Notes under the pieces: generated by a model
Databases searched by the model: none
Told to the model about the DNA's origin: nothing
The model's input: only the letters and a program-made list of their open reading frames with translations
Shown: piece after piece, positions 17,560 to 26,354 of the stretch
How positions within the stretch are numbered: the first letter of the stretch is position 1
Layout: every line of letters starts with the position of its first letter
NCBI GenBank assembly: GCA_966193805.1
Contig: CBIGXK010000001.1
Span: 1-43,345 of the forward strand
Direction of reading: 5' to 3'
From: an uncultured bacterium
Lineage (GTDB): Bacteria > Bacteroidota > Bacteroidia > Chitinophagales > Chitinophagaceae
DNA length: 43,345 nucleotides
Made by a program: the position numbers and the translations under genes

Positions 17560-18828
17560 TTAATAGTGACATTTCTGACATTCCGTTCCGCCGATATCAT
17601 TAACGGTAACACTGTCTCTCTTACCACTCTTGATCTCATCGTGATATTTCTCGTAAATGCTGTAGAACTGGTTGCCTTTCTCGCCCGAGGCATCAACAAA
17701 ATTCACTTTCGTTGTTCTGTGACAGTTGATGCACCATCCCATGCTGAGATCAGCAAACTGCTTCACCTGGTCCATCTTCTGAATTTCGCCATGGCAGGTT
17801 TGGCACTGCACCTGGCCGGCTACGGTGTGTTGCGAGTGATTGAAATAAACATGATCGGGGAGGTTGTGGATTTTCACCCACTCAACGGGTTTGCCCTCGC
17901 CTGTGTAACTTCTCGAGTTTGGATCCCATCCCGCGTATTGATACAATTTCTGAATTTCTGCCGTTCCGTCTACCTTCTTGCCATCCTCTGTGTAAATATC
18001 TTCTCCGGTGTACTCACTGATCGTCATGTGACAGTTCATACAGGTATTGATCGAAGGAATGTTTGCGTGCCTTCCCTCAAACGCTCCTCCATGACAATAA
18101 AGACAACTGATCTGGTTCTTTCCCGGGTGCACCTTATGCGAGAAGTATATCGGCTGGTCGGGTTGATAGTTGTCGTTACGCCCGAGGTTGATGGCTCCTT
18201 TAACAATGTAGAAGCCGCCCACCACAAATAAGATGAGCGTGACAATTGTGATGTAGCTTTTATTCCTGTAGAAAGGAATGGGTTCGTGAGAGGGAATATT
18301 TTCTTTGTCGTCGGCCAGCTTTTTCAGGTTGCTGTTCACCTGCAACATAACCAGCGCAACAACGGCAAGGATCAGCGTAAGGATACCATATAATATGGAG
18401 TTGTCGCTTTCATCCATTGTTGCTGCTGCCGGGCCAACTGCTCCTTGCGGTGCGGCCGCTGCTGCCGCCGATGCTTTATTAATATGATCTATTACTGCAT
18501 CGATCTCCTTTTCCGAAAGCTGGGGAAAAGCCGTCATCATCGCGCCGCCAAACTTCTGCTTCAGCCCCTGGGTGTACTCATTACTCTGCATGTACTTCGC
18601 AGGATTGTGTATCCATGCGTACAATTCTTTACGGTCGGCCCAGGGTCCTCTTGATTCGACACCGTGCAGCGCAGGACCGGTTAGATCCTTGGTGACCGAG
18701 TGACAGGAAGCGCAGTTACTTTGAAAAATTGCTGCCCCGTCCTGTGCTTGTGATCTATTAAAAGATGACACTAATAAGATGAGAAAAAGCGGGATGAGAG
18801 TCTTAACACCTCTTCGTTGGTCAATCAT
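17560..18828 (-). CDS. actA: Alternative Complex III multiheme cytochrome c, ActA, with an extra N-terminal monoheme cytochrome c domain
   Basis: Six CxxCH motifs: CASCH, CLYCH, CMNCH, CQTCH, CINCH and CQKCH. The order is signal peptide, class-I-like cytochrome c domain, Ala-rich linker, two hydrophobic helices, then a pentaheme domain. Confidence 0.85.
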   Translation of the reverse strand: MIDQRRGVKTLIPLFLILLVSSFNRSQAQDGAAIFQSNCASCHSVTKDLTGPALHGVESRGPWADRKELYAWIHNPAKYMQSNEYTQGLKQKFGGAMMTAFPQLSEKEIDAVIDHINKASAAAAAAPQGAVGPAAATMDESDNSILYGILTLILAVVALVMLQVNSNLKKLADDKENIPSHEPIPFYRNKSYITIVTLILFVVGGFYIVKGAINLGRNDNYQPDQPIYFSHKVHPGKNQISCLYCHGGAFEGRHANIPSINTCMNCHMTISEYTGEDIYTEDGKKVDGTAEIQKLYQYAGWDPNSRSYTGEGKPVEWVKIHNLPDHVYFNHSQHTVAGQVQCQTCHGEIQKMDQVKQFADLSMGWCINCHRTTKVNFVDASGEKGNQFYSIYEKYHDEIKSGKRDSVTVNDIGGTECQKCHY

Positions 18829-18833
18829 ATCAG

Positions 18834-18848
18834 TTGAATCTGATTCAA
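18834..18848. promoter_or_regulatory. Perfect 7-1-7 inverted repeat TTGAATC-T-GATTCAA, 6 nt upstream of the actA ATG
   Basis: Read directly in the sequence. It lies between the candidate actA promoter element and the start codon. Its function is unknown. Confidence 0.25.
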
Positions 18849-18878
18849 TTATGTGGAAAAATCTCCTGCAATTGGCTG

Positions 18879-18886
18879 CAAAAATA
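18879..18886 (-). promoter_or_regulatory. Candidate -7 promoter element (TATTTTTG on the minus strand) for the act-cox cluster
   Basis: The plus strand reads CAAAAATA. It is an exact TAnnTTTG match 50 nt upstream of the actA ATG, inside the 217-nt divergent intergenic region. Confidence 0.35.
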
Positions 18887-19034
18887 AGTCAGGATTTTAA
18901 CATTATATCAACATGCCCAAAAATTTTTTAAGTCAATACTGGCTTGGGTTTCAAGGAATTCAATGAAAATATGCCAGTCCCGTTTGTTCAATTTGTCATG
19001 TAATTGTCAACTGCCCTCCAATCATTATTTCCAT

Positions 19035-19042
19035 TAGTTTTG
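19035..19042 (+). promoter_or_regulatory. Candidate -7 promoter element TAGTTTTG, 3 nt upstream of the purN ATG
   Basis: Exact TAnnTTTG match read in the sequence. Confidence 0.35.
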
Positions 19043-19045
19043 GCA

Positions 19046-19624
19046 ATGACCAGGATTGCAATTTTTGCTTCGGGGGCCGGTTCGAATGCTGCAAATATCA
19101 TTAAATACTTTCGTAATCATGAAACAACTGGTGTTGCACTGATCGTTTGCAACAGGCCCGGGGCGGGCGTTCTGTCGGTCGCTGTGAAAGAAAACGTACC
19201 CGTGCTGCTATTGGATAAAGAAAGATTTTTCCGGGGAGACGGCTATGTTACCGAGCTGAAGGCTCACAATATTGATTTTATCGTGCTCGCAGGCTTCCTG
19301 TGGAAACTGCCGGCTTCCCTCATATCGGCTTATCCCAATGGCATTATCAATATTCATCCGGCACTGCTGCCGCTTCATGGTGGGAAAGGAATGTTTGGCA
19401 TGAAGGTTCATGAGAGTGTTTTGCATTCGGGTGACAAGGAAAGCGGTATCACCATTCATTATGTTGATGAGCATTACGACAATGGAGATGTTATATTCCA
19501 GGAAAAGTGTCCCGTTCTGCCAAACGATACACCCGAAATGCTGGCGGAAAGGATTCACCAGTTGGAATACCGGCATTTTCCACATGTAATAGACCAGGTA
19601 GTGAACCTGCAAAAGAGATTTTGA
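19046..19624 (+). CDS. purN: Phosphoribosylglycinamide formyltransferase
   Basis: Contains RIAIFASGAGSNAANII, NIHPALLPLHGGKGM and GITIHYVDEHYDNGDVI. The ATG at 19046 matches the usual PurN N-terminus, whereas the ORF-track start at 19004 is TTG. Confidence 0.9.
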   Translation: MTRIAIFASGAGSNAANIIKYFRNHETTGVALIVCNRPGAGVLSVAVKENVPVLLLDKERFFRGDGYVTELKAHNIDFIVLAGFLWKLPASLISAYPNGIINIHPALLPLHGGKGMFGMKVHESVLHSGDKESGITIHYVDEHYDNGDVIFQEKCPVLPNDTPEMLAERIHQLEYRHFPHVIDQVVNLQKRF

Positions 19625-20382
19625 TGCAGCTACGGCGCCAATCATATTACAAATTCGTTTTGCTGGCGCTTTGCGCCGTCCTCGCTTTCGCGGCCACCGC
19701 GCAGGTGAAGGTTTCGGGGAGAGTGTACGACATCTCCAGGTACCGGCCGCTCGAAGCGGTGAGCGTGATGACCTCCCGCGGCATGGGCGCGATCTCCGAT
19801 TCGCTTGGGCGGTTTTCGATTATCGTTCCTGAAAATGATTCGATATGGTTCTCCTATCTTAATAAACCAACACCGAAATTCGCGGTGAACGGTATCCTCA
19901 ACAAAGAGAATTTTGAAATATCGTTACACGTAACCTCCACCGACCTCAAAGAAGTGAAGATCACACCGCCTAACTATTACCGCGATTCTGTGCAAAACCG
20001 GCTCGACTATGCCAAGGCCTTCAATTTTCAAAAACCGGGCATCGGCAGCTCCATCAACACCGCCACCGGCGGCGTGGGACTCGACCTCGACGAGTTTATC
20101 AACATGTTCCAGTTTCAGCGAAACAAAAGAATGAATGCATTCAAGCAACAGTTGCTGAAAGATGAGCAGGAACGTTATGTAGACCACCGCTTCAGCCGCG
20201 CGCTCGTCATCAGGCTCACCGGACTGCATGGTGCGCCCCTCGATTCATTCATGAGAATATACCGGCCCACCGTCGAATTTGTTGCCACCACCACCGACTA
20301 TGAGTTCCAGGATTATATTAAAAAATGTTACAGTCATTACCAGCAATACATGCGGCTACGCAGGCAACTGGAAGGCAAATAA
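19624..20382 (+). CDS. Secreted hypothetical protein with an N-terminal carboxypeptidase-regulatory-like beta-sandwich region
   Basis: The ATG at 19624 overlaps the purN TGA (TGATG). The signal peptide is FVLLALCAVLAFAATAQ. The VKVSGRVYD....GRFSIIV pattern is typical of CarboxypepD_reg-like domains. Function is unknown. Confidence 0.5.
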   Translation: MQLRRQSYYKFVLLALCAVLAFAATAQVKVSGRVYDISRYRPLEAVSVMTSRGMGAISDSLGRFSIIVPENDSIWFSYLNKPTPKFAVNGILNKENFEISLHVTSTDLKEVKITPPNYYRDSVQNRLDYAKAFNFQKPGIGSSINTATGGVGLDLDEFINMFQFQRNKRMNAFKQQLLKDEQERYVDHRFSRALVIRLTGLHGAPLDSFMRIYRPTVEFVATTTDYEFQDYIKKCYSHYQQYMRLRRQLEGK

Positions 20383-20424
20383 TCCTCTGCAGATGGAGTA
20401 CCTTTCATCCTCAATCATCGTGAT

Positions 20425-21702
20425 ATGAAAAGATCAGTGATCCTAGTTTTATTGATGGCGGTTTTTTGTTTCGACTCATCGGCGCAGGCACTTGCCGAAG
20501 TTGAGCCCGAAACGCAGCAATTTTCCCGTGAAAGATTATACCGCATTGATCATATGGTAAAAGAATATATTGATACCCGTAAAATGATAGGAGCCGGAGC
20601 ATTGATCGCCAGGAACGGCAAAATAGTGTATTACCGTTCGTACGGCTGGGACGACCGCGAAAACAAAAAGCCGCTGAAAAGGAATGCCATCTTCCGCATC
20701 GCTTCACAAACGAAAGCCATCACCAGCGTGGCCGTGATGATGTTGTATGAAGAAGGTAAATTTTTGCTCGACGATCCCGTTTCGAAATATATCCATTCGT
20801 TCAAAAACCCGAGAGTACTCGACAAGTTCAATCCGGCAGACACTACCTACACCACAGTACCCGCGTCGAGAGAGGTTACCATCCGCGACCTTCTCACTCA
20901 CACCTCCGGAATTGGCTATGCGCAAATCGGTTCGCCGGAATTTGTGGCGATCTATGCGAAAAATAATATCCGCTCTTTTTTCGGACAGGGCTCCACTTCG
21001 CTTGCGGAAGATGTGCAAAAGATCGGATCGCTGCCGCTTGCACACAACCCGGGCGAAAAATTTACTTACGGATTGAACACCGATGTGCTGGGTTACCTGG
21101 TGGAAGTGGTATCCGGAATGTCGCTCTCCGATTTCATGAAAACCCGCATCTTCGATCCGCTGGGCATGAAGGATACCTACTTCTATGTGCCCCCGGCAAA
21201 ACAAAGCCGCCTGGTCACCACTTACTATCCCGACTCAACGGGTAAGCTGGTGAAGTTGCCCCTCCAGTACGAAGACAACGGGCCGTTAAACATCGATTTC
21301 CCAAAAAGTACCGGCACCTATTATTCGGGCGGGGCCGGCCTGTGTTCGACGCTCCTTGATTATGCCACCTTCCTGCAGATGATTCTGAATGGCGGAATCT
21401 ACAACGGCAAGCGATTGCTGTCGCCGCACACCGTTCGGATGATTTCGGTTAACCAGATTGGCGACCTCATGGAAGATGATAACAAGTTTGGTTTGGGCTT
21501 TGAAGTGCTTACGGAAGAAGGGGGTGCGAAGTTTCCGACGCCGCCCGGTACGTTAGGATGGGGAGGGATTTATTCGACATCCTACTGGGCCGATCCAAAG
21601 AACAAAGTGATTGGCTTATTTTTTAAACAGGTTTGGGACGATCCCGCATCCGATGCGGCTGCAAAGTTTAAAGTAATGACGTACGCGGCGTTAATGGAGT
21701 AG
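20425..21702 (+). CDS. Serine hydrolase, beta-lactamase/PBP4* (class C-like) family
   Basis: Has a signal peptide, the SxxK motif ASQTKAIT and a C-terminal GWGG block. 425 aa. Confidence 0.85.
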   Translation: MKRSVILVLLMAVFCFDSSAQALAEVEPETQQFSRERLYRIDHMVKEYIDTRKMIGAGALIARNGKIVYYRSYGWDDRENKKPLKRNAIFRIASQTKAITSVAVMMLYEEGKFLLDDPVSKYIHSFKNPRVLDKFNPADTTYTTVPASREVTIRDLLTHTSGIGYAQIGSPEFVAIYAKNNIRSFFGQGSTSLAEDVQKIGSLPLAHNPGEKFTYGLNTDVLGYLVEVVSGMSLSDFMKTRIFDPLGMKDTYFYVPPAKQSRLVTTYYPDSTGKLVKLPLQYEDNGPLNIDFPKSTGTYYSGGAGLCSTLLDYATFLQMILNGGIYNGKRLLSPHTVRMISVNQIGDLMEDDNKFGLGFEVLTEEGGAKFPTPPGTLGWGGIYSTSYWADPKNKVIGLFFKQVWDDPASDAAAKFKVMTYAALME

Positions 21703-21760
21703 GCCGGCAAATGTCCATCCCGGCGCTTCGCGCCTCCCCCGCCAGCAGGGATATTGTCGC

Positions 21761-23752
21761 TTAATAATCCAGCAGCCGCTGCACCGCATCATCAAGCCGG
21801 GCCTTTGCTAAAAAATTATTCTCCAGCACCCCATTAAACGGCACCGGCGTATCCAGCGACGCACACCGCATTACCGGTGCATCAAGGTGATCAAAGCAAT
21901 GCTCGCCTATCCACGCGGCAACTTCAGCACCAAAGCCGCCGGTAAGCGTATCCTCGTGCAACACCAAAACTTTCCCCGTGCGCAGCACCGCCCGCCGGAT
22001 GGCCTCATGATCCAGCGGAAGCAATGTTCTCAAATCAAGAATGTCGAAAGAAATATCTGTATTCTTCGCTGCATATTCGACCGCCCAATGCACCCCGCTG
22101 CCATAGGTGATGATAGAAACATCTTCGCCTTCTTCAACAATTCTTGCCCTGCCGATCTCCGTTTCATAATATTCACCCGGCACGCGGTCGCTAACACCCC
22201 GGTACAGCGCCTTGTGTTCAAAGTACATCACCGGATTGGGATCATTGACTGCGGCGATGAGCAAGCCCTTCGCATCATGCGCGGAAGAAGGATACACCAC
22301 TTTCAATCCCGGTACATGCGTGAACCACGCTTCATTGCTTTGCGAGTGAAATGGTCCCGCGCCAACACCCGCACCGGTGGGCATGCGTATGACAACATCA
22401 GCGTTCTGACCCCACCGGTAATGAATTTTAGCGAGGTTATTGACGATCTGCGTAAACCCGGCACTTACAAAATCAGCAAACTGCATTTCAACAACCGATT
22501 TGAAATGCTCCAGGCTCAGCCCCAACGCGGTGCCAATGATTCCGCTTTCGCATAAAGGCGTGTTTCTTACACGCTCTTTTCCAAATTCATCAACAAAACC
22601 TTCTGTAATCTTAAAGGCACCGCCATACTCGGCAATATCCTGCCCCATCAGCACCAGGTTGTCGTGTGCATGCATGGACTGATGCAGTCCTTCTTTCACC
22701 GCGTCGATGAAACGCAGTTCCGAAGCTCCGGCGCGCGACGGCAACACGCTGTTTTCGCGCACGGCAGCTTTTCGTGGCGCGTAGATATCCCTTAATTCTT
22801 TCGCAGTGTCGGCAACAAATTCGGCACCTGCAAATCCTTCCTGCAACGCTCTTTCGATGTCTTCCTTTATTTCGGAATGTATCTGTGTCTTCAGGTCATC
22901 CGTCAATATTCCCTCGCCCGCCAGGTAATTTTCATATTTCTCCACCGGGTCTTTCGTCTGCCATATCTCGAATAAATACTTGGGTATATATTTTGTACCG
23001 CTTGCCTCTTCATGCCCACGCATCCGGAAGGTGGTACATTCTACCAGGTAAGGTTTCTGCTTGTTGACACAATATTCCCGCACGCCTTTGATGGTGTCGT
23101 AAACAGACAGCAGGTTGTTGCCATCAATTTTCACTCCTTCAATGCCATAGCCAATGGCCTTGTTCACCAAACTGTCGCATCGGTATTGCTCGTCCGAAGG
23201 GGTGCTTAATGCATAGCCGTTATTCTCGATCACAAAAATCACGGGCAGGTCCCAAACAGCCGCGATGTTCACTGCCTCATGAAAATCGCCCTCGCTGGTT
23301 CCCCCTTCTCCGGTAAAAACCACTGATACTTTTTTTTCGTCTCTTAAACGGCTGGCCAGCGCTATACCGTCGGCAACCGACAACTGCGGTCCCAGATGAG
23401 AGATCATGCCGCAGATATGGTAATCGCGGTTGCCAAAATGAAAACTTCTTTCCCTGCCGTTGCTGTAACCGTCTTCCTGGCCCTGCCATTGCTTCACGAG
23501 TTTACCGAGCGGCATGTTGCGGGTGGTAAATACACCAAGATTGCGATGGAGCGGGAGTATCCATTCATTTTCATCAAGTGCAAGTGTAACCCCGGTGGCG
23601 ATCGCTTCCTGGCCGATGCCGCTGAACCATTTGCTGATCTTCCCCTGTCTTAACAGGAGAAGCATTTTTTCCTCGATCAGCCTGGGCAGTAAAATAGATT
23701 TGTAAAAATGAAGAAGTTGCCCGTCAGACAGATCTTTTCGGTCGAAATACAT
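21761..23752 (-). CDS. 2-oxoacid dehydrogenase E1 component, fused alpha/beta subunits (TPP-dependent)
   Basis: The N-terminal half has the TPP motif GEGGTSEGDFHEAVN...VIENNGYA. The C-terminal half is transketolase-like (the GQDIAEYGGAFKIT region). 663 aa. Confidence 0.85.
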   Translation of the reverse strand: MYFDRKDLSDGQLLHFYKSILLPRLIEEKMLLLLRQGKISKWFSGIGQEAIATGVTLALDENEWILPLHRNLGVFTTRNMPLGKLVKQWQGQEDGYSNGRERSFHFGNRDYHICGMISHLGPQLSVADGIALASRLRDEKKVSVVFTGEGGTSEGDFHEAVNIAAVWDLPVIFVIENNGYALSTPSDEQYRCDSLVNKAIGYGIEGVKIDGNNLLSVYDTIKGVREYCVNKQKPYLVECTTFRMRGHEEASGTKYIPKYLFEIWQTKDPVEKYENYLAGEGILTDDLKTQIHSEIKEDIERALQEGFAGAEFVADTAKELRDIYAPRKAAVRENSVLPSRAGASELRFIDAVKEGLHQSMHAHDNLVLMGQDIAEYGGAFKITEGFVDEFGKERVRNTPLCESGIIGTALGLSLEHFKSVVEMQFADFVSAGFTQIVNNLAKIHYRWGQNADVVIRMPTGAGVGAGPFHSQSNEAWFTHVPGLKVVYPSSAHDAKGLLIAAVNDPNPVMYFEHKALYRGVSDRVPGEYYETEIGRARIVEEGEDVSIITYGSGVHWAVEYAAKNTDISFDILDLRTLLPLDHEAIRRAVLRTGKVLVLHEDTLTGGFGAEVAAWIGEHCFDHLDAPVMRCASLDTPVPFNGVLENNFLAKARLDDAVQRLLDY

Positions 23753-23776
23753 AGCAGCGATTCTTGAGTGCTGAAT

Positions 23777-25093
23777 TTAGATCACAACCAGCTCATAAAA
23801 TTCATCCGGCACAAGATATTTTTTTGCGAGCGTCTGCAATTCTTCTGCAGTTACCGATTTAATGGTTTGAATGGCGCTGTAGAAATAATTCTCATCCAGA
23901 TTGTTCAGGATTAGATTCTTCCATCGTCCCAAAACCTGGAACGGTCCGTCGAGCTCACCGAGGATCGTTCCTATCATGAAATTCCTCGTCATCCTCAATT
24001 CTTCTTCGTCAATAATCTCATCACGCAGCAGTTCCATCTCCGCATAAACCTCGCGAACGGTCGCGTCGCTTACATCCCTGCCCGCCTCGGTGCTGATGAG
24101 CCAGCCGCTTTGATGCACATGATTGAGCAGGTAACTGTAAATGCCGTAGGTGTACCCTTTGTCTTCACGAATATTTGCCATCAGGCGCGAACCGAAAAAT
24201 CCGCCATAGATATTGTTCAGCACCATTACTTTTTGAAAATCGGGATGGTGCCTGTTCGGAAATTGTCGCGCAATGCGTATCGCCGCCTGCACCCCTGCTT
24301 CGTCGTTCAGCAGTTTTGATTTTTTTTGCGACGACGGAGCAAAATCGTAATGGATATTTTTATCGGCGCCGCGATGGTTCTTTAAGGGAAGCTTTCCAAA
24401 TTCCTGCTCGAGCATTTCGAGGATGCCGCCGGGCAGCTTGCCCGCCACAAAGATCACACAGTGGCCGTTGCGGTAATAGCTGTCGAAAAATTCAAGCAGG
24501 TCTTCCCGATGTAAAGCGCTGTAATCTTCATGGTTCGAGTATTTTCCGTAGGGATGATTTTCGCCAAAAAGATGTGCATCTATCAATCGCGATGCAACGA
24601 ATTCGCATTTCTGCAGGTTCACCTCGAGCTTTTGCTTCGAATTCTGAATATAAATTTCCAGTTCCTTCTGAGGGAATATGCTGTCGGCGATTATTTCGGC
24701 CACCACTGGCACCAGTTGCTTCACATGCTTGTTGAGGCAGTGAACCACTATTTCGGACGTTTCATTGTAGCAATGCCTGCTTAGGTACGAACCATAGAAC
24801 TCGAAGTGGTCGTTCAGCTCGAACGCCGACAGCCGCGACGTACCATTCTTAAGCATGTGGTTCGTGGCCGCTGCCACTGTTTTCTTTTTCTCGAAACAGT
24901 TGCCGGCGTAAAACACCCAGTCTATCATCATCGTGTCTTCCGTTCCCATATTCATCATGTACACTTCAACACCGTTTGAAAGCGTATGTACAGATGAAGG
25001 TGGCAGCTTAACCTCAAATTCCACAGGGTCCTTAATAGTCGGGGCCTTCGCCCGCACGAGCTTATTCAGCCGGCTCTCATCAGTTTTTATCAT
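23777..25093 (-). CDS. M16 (pitrilysin) family peptidase, probably the non-catalytic partner
   Basis: M16 fold pattern, but the position of the HxxEH zinc motif is degenerate (ATNHMLKNGT). Its ATG overlaps the stop of the upstream M16 gene by 1 nt (ATGA). Confidence 0.8.
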   Translation of the reverse strand: MIKTDESRLNKLVRAKAPTIKDPVEFEVKLPPSSVHTLSNGVEVYMMNMGTEDTMMIDWVFYAGNCFEKKKTVAAATNHMLKNGTSRLSAFELNDHFEFYGSYLSRHCYNETSEIVVHCLNKHVKQLVPVVAEIIADSIFPQKELEIYIQNSKQKLEVNLQKCEFVASRLIDAHLFGENHPYGKYSNHEDYSALHREDLLEFFDSYYRNGHCVIFVAGKLPGGILEMLEQEFGKLPLKNHRGADKNIHYDFAPSSQKKSKLLNDEAGVQAAIRIARQFPNRHHPDFQKVMVLNNIYGGFFGSRLMANIREDKGYTYGIYSYLLNHVHQSGWLISTEAGRDVSDATVREVYAEMELLRDEIIDEEELRMTRNFMIGTILGELDGPFQVLGRWKNLILNNLDENYFYSAIQTIKSVTAEELQTLAKKYLVPDEFYELVVI

Positions 25094-26331
25094 CAGTTTT
25101 CGCTATAATAATAAAGTGTGTTCGAATTGTTTTCGTCGAAAATTTTTCCGCTGTATTGCAGGATGTCCCCCGAGGTTACGGCAAAATATTTTTCGCGGTC
25201 CTTGTTGAACAGGGCCGCATCGCCCAGTAGTTCATAAAACGCAAGGTTGTTTGCCCTCGTCATCACGCTCATGTCTTCAAAGGCAATCGCGGATTCCGTT
25301 TTATTCTTGATCTTCTCCAGTTCTTTTTCCGAGATCTCCTTCGTCATCAATTGTGCAATCTCTTCCTGCACCGCTTTTTCGGCGTCCTCCATCTTGACGC
25401 CTTTCACCAGCTTGCCTTCAAAGGCAAGAAGGCCCTTATCAATCGTTCCAAACTGGTAACATTCAACGTTGCTGAACAATTGCTTTTCTTTCACGAGCCG
25501 TTGGAAAAGTCTTGACGAACTGCCCCCGCCCAGTACTTCCGTGATCAGGTCGGCAACATAATATCCGTGATCGAGCCGGCCGTCCATGTGCCAGCATTTA
25601 TACAGGGCATCCAGCGGCACGTCTGCTCTCACCTCCAATTTGCGGGGCGCCTGTTGAGGAGGTTCAGCCAAAATGTTCCTGTTATATTTCGTACCTGCGG
25701 GGATGTCGCCGAACCATTTTTCAACGAGCGTTTTCACCTGTGCGGTTTTTACATTCCCGGCCACTACCAGTATCGCATTAATAGGCGTATAGTGTTTGTA
25801 AAAGAAGTTCTTTACATCGCGCAGCGCGGCGTTTTCAATGTGGCTCAGTTCCTTGCCAATCGTCATCCACTTATAGGGATGTACCTTGTAAGCCATTTCC
25901 CGCAGCCTGAACCACACGTCGCCATACGGCTTGTTGATGTAATGCTCCTTGAACTCTTCGGCAACAACCTTTCGCTGCACGTCGAGGCTTTTTTCGTTAA
26001 ATGCCAGCGAAAGCATCCTGTCGCTTTCGAGCCACAGGGCGGTTTCCAAATTTTCGGCAGGCAGTTGAATATAGTAGTTGGTTACATCGTTGCTGGTGTA
26101 GGCATTGTTCTCGCCGCCGGCCATGTTCAGCGGCGTTTCGAAGTCGGTGATGTTGAGGCTCCCGCCAAACATCAGGTGCTCAAAAAGGTGTGCAAAGCCT
26201 GTTTTATCGGGGTCCTCATCCCTTGCGCCGACGTCGTACATCACATTCACCACGGCCATCGGGGTGGAGGCGTCCTCATGAACGATCACCCGCAGCCCGT
26301 TATCCATTGTAAAACGGTTAAATTCTAGCAT
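25093..26331 (-). CDS. M16 (pitrilysin) family zinc peptidase, catalytic subunit
   Basis: Inverted zinc motif HLFEH within GFAHLFEHLMFGGS. 412 aa. Confidence 0.85.
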   Translation of the reverse strand: MLEFNRFTMDNGLRVIVHEDASTPMAVVNVMYDVGARDEDPDKTGFAHLFEHLMFGGSLNITDFETPLNMAGGENNAYTSNDVTNYYIQLPAENLETALWLESDRMLSLAFNEKSLDVQRKVVAEEFKEHYINKPYGDVWFRLREMAYKVHPYKWMTIGKELSHIENAALRDVKNFFYKHYTPINAILVVAGNVKTAQVKTLVEKWFGDIPAGTKYNRNILAEPPQQAPRKLEVRADVPLDALYKCWHMDGRLDHGYYVADLITEVLGGGSSSRLFQRLVKEKQLFSNVECYQFGTIDKGLLAFEGKLVKGVKMEDAEKAVQEEIAQLMTKEISEKELEKIKNKTESAIAFEDMSVMTRANNLAFYELLGDAALFNKDREKYFAVTSGDILQYSGKIFDENNSNTLYYYSEN

Positions 26332-26354
26332 AAGGGCTGCAAATTAACCATAAA

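Noticed and set aside
21722-21734. A GC hairpin, GGCGC-TTC-GCGCC, in the convergent gap between the serine hydrolase and E1 genes; considered as a possible terminator.
   Set aside because: The stem is only 5 bp and there is no U-tract on either strand, so the evidence is insufficient to call an intrinsic terminator.
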